This document shows positions 8,219 to 18,794 of a stretch of DNA of 64,000 nucleotides, in pieces. The position numbers and the translations under genes are program-made. Every line of letters starts with the position of its first letter. Position 1 is the stretch's first letter. The notes beneath the pieces were generated by a model. It had not been told where the DNA came from and searched no databases. It saw only the letters and a list, made by a program, of their open reading frames with translations. Source of the stretch: an uncultured delta proteobacterium (GTDB lineage: Bacteria; Desulfobacterota; Binatia; DP-6); the NCBI GenBank assembly GCA_963815115.1, contig CAWFFN010000009.1:1408001-1472000 (forward strand), in the 5' to 3' direction.

Positions 8219-9887
8219 ATGGCCGAGCTGGCGGCGAACGAGCTGCTCCCGCTCTCCGCGCCCGCCGCGGGACGGCCGCTCCGCGTCGTGCTCGTGACGT
8301 TCTACAACTACGAGTCGCACGCGATCAGGATCTTTCATCCTCTCCTTCGCCGGCGCGGGCACGACGTCCACTCGATCTTCTTCAAGAACTACTTCACCTA
8401 CCAGGTTCCGACCTCGACCGAGGAGGACATGGTCGTCGACCTGGTCTCGCGGCTGCGGCCCGACGTCGTCGGGATGAGCGTGTGGTCGACCTACTTCCGT
8501 CTCGCGGGGCGGCTGACCGATCGCATCAAGGCGGCGGTCGACCCGGTGGTGGTGTGGGGGGGCATCCATCCCCAGACCCGTCCGCTGGACTGCCTCGAGC
8601 ACGCCGACGTCGCCTGCATGGGCGAGGGTGAGCACGTGCTCGCCGAGCTCACCGACCGCGTCGGGCTCGACGAGCCCTGGGACGATCTGCACGGCTGCTG
8701 GGTCAGGACCGCCGACGGCGTCCGGCGCAATCCGCCGCGCATGCTCATCCCGGATCTCGACGTGCTGCCTCCCGCCGATCTCTCGCCGGACAACAAGTAC
8801 TATCTCGGCGTGAACGCCTGGCGCGACGTCGAGCGCTGGAACGAGCTGGCCCTGTTCTACGACGTCATGGGATGTCGCGGCTGCCCGTTCGAGTGCACGT
8901 TCTGCATCCACAACTTCACCCGGACGGCGACGAAGGGCCTCGGCACCTACCTGCGCCGCCGCAGCGTCGATCACGTCATCGCGGAGCTGCGCGAGGCTCG
9001 CCGCCTGCGCCCGCGCTTGCGAGCCGTCGCCTTCAGCGACGACATCTTCGCGCCGCCCCGGCCGTGGCTGGAGGAGTTCTGCGCGCGCTACAAGGCGGAG
9101 ATCGGCCTGCCCTTCATCATCTACTCCTTTCCGGGGATGGTCGACGAGCAGCGGACCAGGCTGCTGAGCGAAGCCGGCCTCTGGTCGTCCACGATGGGCA
9201 TCCAGTCGGGCTCCGAGCGCATCCGCAAGGAGTGCTACGAGCGCGAGACGTCGGACGAGGAGATCATCCGCGCCTGCGAGATCCTCGAGCGACACGGCGT
9301 CGAGCGGAATCTCGACTTCATCGGTGACAATCCGTACGAGACCGAGGCCGACCACCGCGCAACGGTGGACCTGCTCTGCCGCCTGCCCAAGCCGTTCTAC
9401 TTCAACTACTTCTCGCTGACGTACTTTCCCGGCGTCGACCTCACCGAGCGCGCCTTGAAGGACGGTCACATCGCTGCGGACGACGTCGAGGACGTGGCCC
9501 AGAAGGGATATCACTTCTACGGCGGTGCCCTGATGAACGTGCGCACGCCGGAGCAGTTGCGTTGGGACGTCGCGTACACCTTCGCGGTCCACGGCGTGCC
9601 GCGCGCGGTGATACATCGATTGCTCGACTCGATGCTCTTCATGCGGCGGATCGACATGTTCGCGCAGATGGCACGTGCGCTGCGCGCCACCGTCCGCCGC
9701 AAGGCGCATCTGGTCGAGCGGCTGACGGGACGTCCGGACGTCCTCGATCTCCTGATCGCCAAACACCAATCGCGATCAGACCTTCGGCGAAGACCTCTGC
9801 ATCCAGCCCAACATCGACAGCTCGCCGTTCAGCCAGCCGCCGTCCCGCCGGCCTCGCGTGGTGGCGGCCGGGGCACCCGGCTCGTAG
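8219..9887 (+). CDS. B12-binding radical SAM protein; probable +1 frameshift near 9761
   Basis: WGGIHP and GEGE cobalamin domain, RGCPFECTFC, DDIF, GIQSGS; a codon-typical C-terminus continues in the shifted frame to TAG 9885-9887. Confidence 0.85.
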
Positions 9888-10272
9888 CGACCGCCGGACT
9901 GCCCTCGGCCCGGGCGCGCGATGCGGCGCCCCGGAAGAGAAGACGCGGGCGAAGGCCGCGATCCGGGTACCCTCCGACCTTCGTCGCACGCCCGCTGGCA
10001 GGGATTTCTCACCCATCAGTCGTAGCCGTCGTGCACGATCGCGCTACTCTCGCTCGAGTGGGGCCAGCCCGCGCGTTCACCCGGGCTCTTCCCTCACTTC
10101 ACCGTTGACCTGAGGGCGGTGCTCCGCGTACGTCATGGGTCTGATGCGGCACGCGTCTCCTCTCGTCGGCTCGATGATGGGCTCACGCTGGTCGCACCGC
10201 TCCTCATCGCTGTAGCGCGAGGTGTCCGACCTACTCCGTGTGCAAGCGGTGAGCGAGCAAGGGGGTTCCGGA

Positions 10273-12973
10273 ATGTTCGGATGGACGAAGCCTCTGAGGA
10301 TGCGAGCCCGCAGCAGGTCTCGAGCAACGAGTCTCCGCGCGGCGCTGGTCGTCGCCCTGCTCGGCTCCATCGGGTGGTCGGTGCCGGCGTTCGCGCAATG
10401 CGGCGGAACGCAGCTGTGCGCTCCGGGCGCTGGCGACTGCAGGATATCCGCGGACTGTACGATCACCATTCCGGACGCCGGGCTGACCATCGACCTCGGC
10501 GCCCGCAAGCTGGTGATCACGAAGACCCTCACGGTCGCGGGACCGGCAGGCGCGAGCCTCGCCATCAACGCCGGGAGCTTCCTCCTCGACGGAGGCACCA
10601 TCGCCGCGCCCGGCGCCGACGGCGTTGCGGGCAACTTGACGATCAATCTCACCGCCGACGCCACGGTGCAGAACAACGGCCTCATCGACGTCAGCGCCGC
10701 GATCTCCGGGGGTTCGGTCGACATCGAAGCGCTCGGCGGCAACATGAACTTCGCGGGACGCATCAAGGCCAATGCCACGACGCGTGCAGGCGACGGCGGA
10801 GAAATCACGCTGTTCGGTCTCGGCAACCTCACGGCAAGCGGTTCGATGGACGCCTCCGCGGGCGACATGGGGTTCGGGGGCAGCATCGACCTGACCTCCG
10901 AGAACGGCTTCACGAGCGTGAGCAACGTGCTGAACGCCGCGGGGGGACGGCGGCGACGTCAGCGTCTTCGCGGGCACCACGCTCAACCTCCCGGCGTCCG
11001 CGACGATGATGGTGAACGCCAACGGCGACGCGGGCAGCGGCGGTGAGATCGACCTGGAGTCCGGCGGCGACATGGTCGTCAACGCGGACTCGGACGGCAC
11101 GGGCTCGCCGGCCGCCAGCAGTCAGGACATGCAGGCCGGAGGCGACGGCGCCGACGTCAGCATGACGTCCGACACCGGCAGCATCACCTTGAACGGCAAG
11201 ATCGACGCCAGCGGCGCGGCCGGTGGCACGGGCGGCAACATCGACCTGGAGGCGACCGTCAACCTCAACTACTCGAAGCAGCTGTTCGCCATGTCGACGG
11301 GCGACGGAGCCTTCGGCGGCGACGTGAACCTCTTCGCGGGCGGCAACCTGACGATGCCGCAGCAGGTGAACACGAACGGCGGGACCGGGAGCGGCGGTAC
11401 CGTCGAGGCCACGGCCGGCGAGCTGCTGACGGTGTCCGCGCAGGTGATCACCGACGGCACGCAGGGCGGAGGCGCCACGCTCCTCTACGGGTGCACGGTG
11501 AACATCACGCCGTCGGGCCTGCTCTCCGCGCTCGGTCCCGGCGGTTCGTTCGCGGGGACCAACACCATCCAGGCCAGCTCCACGATGACCATCAACGGGA
11601 CGCTCAAGGCGGGCGTGCAGAACCTGCTCCAGTACAGGATGGCGCCCGCGCCGACGATCGGATCGAAGGCCGTCGTCCAGCCCGCGGCGACGATCCAGCT
11701 CACCCCGTCGCTCCCCTGCTGCGTCAACTGCCCGGTCACGACCACGACCACGACCACCAGCACGACGTCCACCTCGTCGGTCACGACCACGACCAAGACC
11801 ACCACGACCGGACCCGGGACCACCACCACGACGCTCGGGGCGACCTGCGGCGATCACGTGGTGAACGGCAACGAGCAGTGCGACGGCGGCGACTGCTGCT
11901 CCGCGACGTGCACCTTCCAAGCGCCGGGAAGCCCGTGCACGAGCGACAACAACGCCTGCACCTCGGACGTATGCAACGCGACCGGCACCTGCACGCACCC
12001 CGCCGGCAACGCCAACGCCGTGTGCCGGACCGCCAGCGGCCAGTGCGACGCGCCCGAGAGCTGCAACGGCACGTCGCCCAACTGTCCGCCCGACATCGCG
12101 GCGACCGCGGGCACGCCGTGCCGGCCGTCTGCCGGGATGTGCGACGTCGCCGAGACCTGCGACGGGACGTCGAAGTCCTGTCCGGCGGATGCGAAGCGAA
12201 CCGACGAGTGCCGTCCGGCGAACGGAGCATGCGACGTGGCCGAGAACTGCGACGGCGTGAACAACGCATGCCCGCCCGACGTGAAGAAGCCGAACGGGAC
12301 GGACTGCTCGCCCGATGCCTGCACGACCGGGGCGGTCTGCGCCGGCGGCACCTGCTCGGGCGGCACGCAGGTCACGTGCCCGTCCTGCGAGTCCTGTGAT
12401 CCCAGCGACGGAGCGTGCGTGGTGCAGCCGCGATCGAGCTGCACCCTGCCGGTGAAGTCGGGCAAGGCCGCCTTCCAGGTGAAGAAGTCCTCGAAGGGAG
12501 CCAAGGGCGACCAGGTGGTGTGGAAGTGGGTGACCGGCGGCGCGACCACGACCGGTGAGTTCGGCAATCCGCTCGCCAGCGATGGTGTGACGTTGTGTGT
12601 CTACGACCGCTCGCAGGCCACGCCGAGCCTGCTCTTCAGCGCCGACGTCGCGGCGGGGGGAACGTGCGACACCAAGCCCTGCTGGAAGGCCAACAAGGAC
12701 AAGGGATTCAGCTTCGCGAGCAAGACCGGCGACACCACGGGCGGGGTGGTCAACCTGAAGCTCGTGTCAGGGGAAGCCGGCAAGGCGAAGATCCAGGTGA
12801 AGGGGAAGGGTACGGCGCTCTCGGGGCGGCCGTTCGGGATCCCGCAGCCGCCGCTCGACGTGCCCATCACGGTGCAGCTGCAGTCGGAGAGCGGCGCGTG
12901 CTGGGAGGCCCACTTCTCGCAAGCCGGCCTCGACAAGAACGACGACCAGCAGTTCAGCGGCAAGGCAGACTGA
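10273..12973 (+). CDS. Large secreted protein: Gly-rich beta-helix-like repeats, Thr linker, Cys-rich/disintegrin-like repeats, C-terminal beta domain; frameshift near 10945
   Basis: Signal peptide ending PAFA; GGxGGxI repeats continue across two frames at a G-run. Confidence 0.8.
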
Positions 12974-12984
12974 CGATGTGAAGG

Positions 12985-13017
12985 CGACGCGGGCCGGCAG
13001 ACCGCCGGCCCGCGTCG
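12985..13017. terminator. Perfect 14-bp hairpin between convergent genes
   Basis: CGACGCGGGCCGGC-agacc-GCCGGCCCGCGTCG; no U-tract. Confidence 0.6.
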
Positions 13018-13018
13018 A

Positions 13019-13270
13019 TCACTGCGACTCGCACTGGCTGGTGCAGCCCGCGTACGCGTCGTGGCAGCTCTGGTCGCACTGGCGGTAGAGATACGATTCC
13101 TGCTGCCGCCCGGAATCCCGCTCCACCTGACAGTCCTGCTTGCAGGACCGGAGGGTGATGCTGCAGTTCTGCTTGCACTTCTGCTTCACCTCGTCCTTCG
13201 CCCATCCGGACCTGGGCAGCGCCAGGCTGGCGGCAAGGACGAGCATGCAGGCGATTCGGCGTCTGCTCAT
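13019..13270 (-). CDS. Small secreted Cys-rich protein (83 aa)
   Basis: Signal peptide; two Cx3Cx6Cx3C motifs. Confidence 0.75.
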   Translation of the reverse strand: MSRRRIACMLVLAASLALPRSGWAKDEVKQKCKQNCSITLRSCKQDCQVERDSGRQQESYLYRQCDQSCHDAYAGCTSQCESQ

Positions 13271-13476
13271 GGCGCCGCCTCTCTAGCGCCCCGATCCCGT
13301 TCTGCACAAGGCGACGGATCGGCGCCGCACTGACCCCTGCCCGATGGCGGGACGACGGTCGGGCCCTGCCGCCCCCTCACGGTCGATCTGCCGCGCCGGA
13401 TGGAGGTCGAGTGATTGCCATTCGTCTGGGCGTCCCACCCGGCACGATTGCCATATTGCCAACTTGACAAGGAGAT

Positions 13477-16400
13477 GTGATCGACGCTAAGACCCCAACT
13501 TCCGCGAAGAGTCCGAAGGGGGGCGGCATTCCGCGCGAACGGACATCGCTGCTGGTCGTGGTCATGGGTTTCGCGGCAGCGGCGCTGGCGGCCAGCGCTG
13601 CCGGCGGCGCGGTCCAGCGTCGATGCATCGCCGGCAAGATCAAGTGCATCTCGACGGCAGCGGGAGCGCTGCTGACGTGCGAGCAGAAGGCGGAGCAACC
13701 CGGAAACTCGACAGATCCGAATGACAAGGGGTGTGTCGAAAAGGCGACGTCGAAGTTCGACGGCGACGGCGATCCGGCCAAGAGCTGCTTCGGGAAGCTC
13801 GAGAGAAAGCGCAAGAGCGACTGCGTCACGATTGACGACCGCGTTCTGGCCGGCGCGCTGGCCCAATCCTGTGTCGCTGGCCTCGTGGCCGCCATAGACC
13901 CGCCGCCGCTCGATCAGACGAAGTGTGGCGTCGGCAAGAAGAAGTGCATCGCCACCGCCCTGAAGGGTCTCCTCGCCTGCCACCGGAAGTCCGCCACGCC
14001 TGGGGAGTCGCCCGACCCGAACGCCAAGGGATGCCTCGACGAGGCGCGAGCGAAGTTCAGCGGCGGGGCCGAGCCGTCCAGGGGCTGCTTCGTCAAGCTC
14101 GAGCGCAAGTCGAAGAACGATTGCATCCCGCCGCTCGGAAACGCCGGCGCCGTGGAGGCCATCGCCGAGGCGTGCGTCATGGACATCGAAGCGCTGCTCG
14201 ACGGCGCCACGACGACCTCGACGACCGTCACGACGACCTCGACGTCCACGACGACGCTACCGCCGTTCATTCACATCGATGGGCGCGTCCTGTCGGTGGC
14301 CGGGACGCCAATTCCCAAGGCGGACGTTCGCATCGGACGGTCACCGATCGTGACCACGGCTGCGAGCGACGGATTCTTCGTTGCCGACGTGCCCGTCGAT
14401 GAGATGACCGGCGATGTGCTGCTCCTCGAGGCCCACGCGGATGGATTCACCGATGGACTGGTGAAGATTCCGGGCGACGGGAGCGCCGCCTCCGTGGTCA
14501 CCGTGACGCTGCAACGTGTCGCCGTGGACATGACGGCCGACGACCCGGACATCGGGATCGTGGCCGAGACCTCCGATGCCAAGCTGACGATTCCCGGCGG
14601 GGTGCTCCCCACGTCGAACCCGGTACGCGTCGAGTTCACGCCGCTCGATCCGACCGGTCCCGAGATCGCGGCGTTCCCCGGTCGGGACTTCCTGGCGGGC
14701 GCGGCCGCCACTGCCGCCAACAACGGGACCGGCCGTACCCTTCTCGAGAGCCTCGTCCTCGCGGAGGTCCGGGTCACCGATCTCGTGAGTGGCACGCCGG
14801 TCACGGATCTCCGCGGGCTCGCCACCCTCGAGCTGAGGCTCCCCGACGCCGTGCAAAATACCGTCGAGGCCGGGGGGCGGGTGCCGTGGTGGTTCTTCGA
14901 CGAGCGCGCGGGCGTGTGGCTGCAAGACGGGGAAGCGGAGATCTTCATCGGTCCCGACGGGGCGAAATGGGTCCGTGCGACGGCCCGGCATTTCACCTGG
15001 TGGAACGCGGACAACCCGATCGAAACGCACACGTGCTTCAAGGCTCGCTTCGTGCGTGCGGCCGACGGCGCTCCTCTCGGTGACCTTGGTGCGTTCGCCG
15101 AAGGAGTGACCTACGTCGGCAGCTCGCCCGCCCGGTACACAGGCTACGATACGGCCGATGGCGAGACGGCCTGCTTCACGGTCAAGCGAGGTGGACCACA
15201 GGCCCAGTCAGTGCGGATAAGCGTCGTCGAGGGGGGCAGGCGCGGGTACCTGCGCGACACGGGAGGTGGCGTGTACGACGTCGTGGACGACCCCGCCTCG
15301 GCGACGGCCTTCGACGATCCGGCGGTTGCCGCGAGCTGCCTGTGGAACCTCGACACGGCCGACTGCGAAGACCTCGGCACCCTTCGCGTCAATCTGAACC
15401 GGGGTCCCGTCCTGTCGGTGACTCCCAGTGCGTCGATCGCCTGCCCCTCCCGACCCACGGTGACCGTCGACGTGCTGGCGACCGATCCCGAAGGGGATCC
15501 TGTCACCCTGACGTTCACACCGACGGGAGGGACGTTTGCCTCGCCCGTCTGGACGCTGCCGGCCACACCGGGAGTCTACGAGCTGCGCATCGACGCCACG
15601 GACGCGCTCGGCGCAACCTCCTCGCGAACCGTCTCGGTCCGGGTCGCACAGAACTGTCCTCCCGAGATCACGAGCTTCGACGTTCCTGCGCTCATCGACC
15701 CGAAAACCACGCCGGTGGTGATGCTGTCGGCGACGGCGACCGATCCCGACCCGGGCACGGTGCTGGTGTACACCTGGCGGATCGGAGCAACGGAGCTCAT
15801 CGGACCTGCCGTAACCTGGCCCGTGCGTGGCGGCGGGGGAGTGTCCGTGAGCGTCTCCGTGTCGGATGGCATCGACACGGTCTCGCGCTCGACCTTCATC
15901 CCGATCCTCAACGCCTCGCCCATCGTCAGCGCCTTGACGGTCGACCCCGCCGTTCTGACCTGCACGACGACGCAGGCGACGATCACGACGACTGCCTCGG
16001 ACCCGGATGGCGACCCTCTCACCTATGCCTGGAGCACGAATCTTGGAACCATCGACCAGGTCGATGCGCCCACGACCACCTGGTCGCGCCCCGCGGCTCC
16101 GCAGCTCTTTGCGTCGATCAATCTCGTCGTGAGTGATCCGTACGGCGGCTCGGCGAGCCGCTACGTGTTCCTGACAGTACCGAACGACTATCCCCGGGTG
16201 ACGATCAGCGCCGATCGCGTCATGGTGTCCCCGGGCGACGTGGTCATGCTCAGCGCCGTCGCGAGCGACGACGGCACGATCGTCAGCTACCAGTGGTCGG
16301 CACCGGCAGGTACCTTGATCCCGAACGGCGCTAGCGCGACCTGGACGGCGCCAGCGTTTCAGGTGAGCCTGCCGTACTATATCAGCGTGACGGTCACCGA

Positions 16401-17550
16401 CGACTGTGGCGCAACGCGGTCGGCATACACGCGCATCGACGTGGTCAGCGTGTCGACGACCTCGACGATAACTTTCCCGACCACGACCAGCACCACGACG
16501 AGTACCACCACCACCAGTACAACCACCACCAGTACGACACTCACCACGACCACCACCTCGTCGACGACCACGACGTCATCCACGACGACGACCACGTCGA
16601 GCCCTACCACCACGACGCGGCCACCTTCCACGATCCTGGAGTTCACTTTCGGCACCGCCGGTGGAACCTGCGGTCGGACGCTGAACGGTAGCTTCATGAC
16701 GATCGGGAACCTCACCTGTGGCACCCTGCGCATCGGAGGTGGCACGTCCGCGGCCCCCGAGTTCCCCCTGGCCGACGGGACGACGAGCCGGTTCTCGCTC
16801 AGCTGCGCCGGCTCGAACTGCACGATCGGCCCGATATCCACCTCCCCCTCCGTCAACACGGCAATGCCCGACTGCACCGACACCGGCTGCTTGCTCGGCG
16901 CGCCGCTTCCGATGCCGAATCCCGTGTCCCCCGCCCTGAGCGCGTGCGCGTTGAACACCTGGACCGCTCCCGCCAGTGGCACGGTCAATCTCGCCGCAGG
17001 CGACTCGACGTTGACTGCCCTGCTCAGCGCCGACGTGTATCTCACCGGCAATCTGACCCAGCCGTGTCCTCGCTGCACGGCCGTCGGTACCCCCACGAGC
17101 CCTGGCTTTGGAACCTGCGACCGCGGCCCGCGCGCGGGATTGGCGTGCACGACGACGAACTCGGCGGGACTGACACGCGACTGCCAGACCGGCGGTGCGA
17201 GTCCCCCAACGAAGCCGTGCACACCCGGGGGCGGCCTCTGCATCGACGGGACGCACGTTGGCCAGCTTCCTCTTGGGGGCCTGCTGGCTACCGGGGTAGT
17301 CGCGACGACGGCCGCCAGCGGACTGTTCTGCCCGGGCCAGTCCTTGGAAGGATGCTTCGGGAGTGCGGCATGTCGGGAAATCGAGCAGGATGGATCGCCG
17401 GCGGGCGGTCTCACGCCAGGGGTTTCGGCTCCCGTGGTGCTGGTCTCCAACCTCTGCGTGCCGGCGAGCGGTAGCGCGCAGGTGAACGCCTCGCTCGGCC
17501 TGCCCGGCCCCGGTACGATCTCCCTGGCTGGCCAGTTCAAGTTGAACTGA
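13477..17550 (+). CDS. Large secreted multidomain protein (Cys-rich helical repeats, carboxypeptidase-regulatory-like, PKD/Ig repeats, Thr linkers, Cys-rich C-terminus)
   Basis: 1357-aa ORF; HFTWWNAD; repeated ATDPDGDxLxYxW; poly-Thr tracts; start uncertain. Confidence 0.85.
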   Translation: MIDAKTPTSAKSPKGGGIPRERTSLLVVVMGFAAAALAASAAGGAVQRRCIAGKIKCISTAAGALLTCEQKAEQPGNSTDPNDKGCVEKATSKFDGDGDPAKSCFGKLERKRKSDCVTIDDRVLAGALAQSCVAGLVAAIDPPPLDQTKCGVGKKKCIATALKGLLACHRKSATPGESPDPNAKGCLDEARAKFSGGAEPSRGCFVKLERKSKNDCIPPLGNAGAVEAIAEACVMDIEALLDGATTTSTTVTTTSTSTTTLPPFIHIDGRVLSVAGTPIPKADVRIGRSPIVTTAASDGFFVADVPVDEMTGDVLLLEAHADGFTDGLVKIPGDGSAASVVTVTLQRVAVDMTADDPDIGIVAETSDAKLTIPGGVLPTSNPVRVEFTPLDPTGPEIAAFPGRDFLAGAAATAANNGTGRTLLESLVLAEVRVTDLVSGTPVTDLRGLATLELRLPDAVQNTVEAGGRVPWWFFDERAGVWLQDGEAEIFIGPDGAKWVRATARHFTWWNADNPIETHTCFKARFVRAADGAPLGDLGAFAEGVTYVGSSPARYTGYDTADGETACFTVKRGGPQAQSVRISVVEGGRRGYLRDTGGGVYDVVDDPASATAFDDPAVAASCLWNLDTADCEDLGTLRVNLNRGPVLSVTPSASIACPSRPTVTVDVLATDPEGDPVTLTFTPTGGTFASPVWTLPATPGVYELRIDATDALGATSSRTVSVRVAQNCPPEITSFDVPALIDPKTTPVVMLSATATDPDPGTVLVYTWRIGATELIGPAVTWPVRGGGGVSVSVSVSDGIDTVSRSTFIPILNASPIVSALTVDPAVLTCTTTQATITTTASDPDGDPLTYAWSTNLGTIDQVDAPTTTWSRPAAPQLFASINLVVSDPYGGSASRYVFLTVPNDYPRVTISADRVMVSPGDVVMLSAVASDDGTIVSYQWSAPAGTLIPNGASATWTAPAFQVSLPYYISVTVTDDCGATRSAYTRIDVVSVSTTSTITFPTTTSTTTSTTTTSTTTTSTTLTTTTTSSTTTTSSTTTTTSSPTTTTRPPSTILEFTFGTAGGTCGRTLNGSFMTIGNLTCGTLRIGGGTSAAPEFPLADGTTSRFSLSCAGSNCTIGPISTSPSVNTAMPDCTDTGCLLGAPLPMPNPVSPALSACALNTWTAPASGTVNLAAGDSTLTALLSADVYLTGNLTQPCPRCTAVGTPTSPGFGTCDRGPRAGLACTTTNSAGLTRDCQTGGASPPTKPCTPGGGLCIDGTHVGQLPLGGLLATGVVATTAASGLFCPGQSLEGCFGSAACREIEQDGSPAGGLTPGVSAPVVLVSNLCVPASGSAQVNASLGLPGPGTISLAGQFKLN

Positions 17551-17713
17551 GGGTCGCCCGTCGCAACCGAGCCGTGAGAATGGCCGGCTGAATCGGCTGA
17601 CGCGGGAGCCCGCAATCGTCGCGTGACCTCCGCCACGCCACTGGAACCCACCCCGTGGATGTGACAATCTAGCCTGTCCGAGCGGACGGGTTCCTGGGGC
17701 AAAGGAGGAGGTC

Positions 17714-18121
17714 ATGGGGAGGACGGCCACCGCGCTGGTCGGGTTCGCCGGCTGGTTCGCGTTGCTCAGCATCGCGCTCGGCCTCTATCGCGTTGCGCTC
17801 GTGCTGGGCAGGAGCAAGGCGGTCAACACGTTCGCCACCGACGGGCAGGATCTCGATCCGCTCGGTCATCGGCTGACGCGCGCTCGCAACAACTGCTACG
17901 AGACGCTGCCGGCGTTCGCGGCGCTGGCGCTCGGCGCGAGCATCGGCGGCCGTCTCGATGTGACGGATCCGCTCGCGATGTGGGTGCTCTACGCCCGGAT
18001 CGGACAGTCGTTGACCCACATCGTCTCGACCAGCGTGCCCGCCGTCCAGCTGCGCGCGGTCTTCTTCTTCGCCCAGATCCTGATCTACCTCTGGTGGGCG
18101 GCGCGGCTTCTCGGCTACTGA
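17714..18121 (+). CDS. MAPEG family membrane protein
   Basis: RARNNCYETLPxF, ARIGQS; strong AAGGAGG SD. Confidence 0.85.
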   Translation: MGRTATALVGFAGWFALLSIALGLYRVALVLGRSKAVNTFATDGQDLDPLGHRLTRARNNCYETLPAFAALALGASIGGRLDVTDPLAMWVLYARIGQSLTHIVSTSVPAVQLRAVFFFAQILIYLWWAARLLGY

Positions 18122-18241
18122 GCGCGGGGACGGAAGCCCGGAACGGGCACGGATCGCCGGCCGAGGGACGCCGTCCCATCGTCTCGTGCTCCCCTCGCCG
18201 ATGCCATTGACAGCAGTGGCGCACCCGGCGACAAGCCGGCC

Positions 18242-18794
18242 ATGCGCCCGATCGTGCTGACCCTGCTTCTCTGGCCGGCGCTCGCGGCCGCCGGCGTGCT
18301 GAACGTCGAGTTCAAGTTCACGCCCTTCACGGGGGACGCCGCGAAGGCGGACCACGTCGAGTCCGTCGCCGGACAGGCGCGCGTGCTGCTGAACGGCGTG
18401 CCCCATACCGATCAGCCGGCTCGCGAAGCTGGTGGCGGACCGCGTGGGATGGTTCGTTCCGCCGTACGATGCGATCTACAAGGCCCTCGACGCGCAGCAG
18501 GGCGTGAAGACCGCCGAGGTGCGCAAGGCGAAGTGTCTCGATGCCGCCCACGCCGCCGGCGTGCGCTTCCCCGCGCCTGCCGCCGACCAGCTCGAGTTCC
18601 TCACGCCTGGAGGTCCCGAGGTGGTGGTGCAGCGCAAGGACGGGACGCCGCTCTACATGCCGGACGAGGCGGCCTTCGCGAAGATCAAGGGGGACGAGAA
18701 GCAGATGTGCGCCAGCGTGGCGCTCATGGTGGCGTTCCCGCCGCGGCTGGTCGTCGTGAAGACGCCGGAAGGGGCGTGGCAGAGCGTTTCCTGA
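18242..18794 (+). pseudogene. Secreted hypothetical protein broken by a frameshift or internal deletion near 18420
   Basis: Signal peptide and codon-typical N-terminus in one frame; codon-typical C-terminus in the 18432-18794 frame. Confidence 0.5.

Noticed and set aside
16455-16620. ACC/ACG-rich repeats as a CRISPR array or non-coding tandem repeat
   Set aside because: They are in-frame poly-Thr/Ser codons with no repeat-spacer structure and no cas genes
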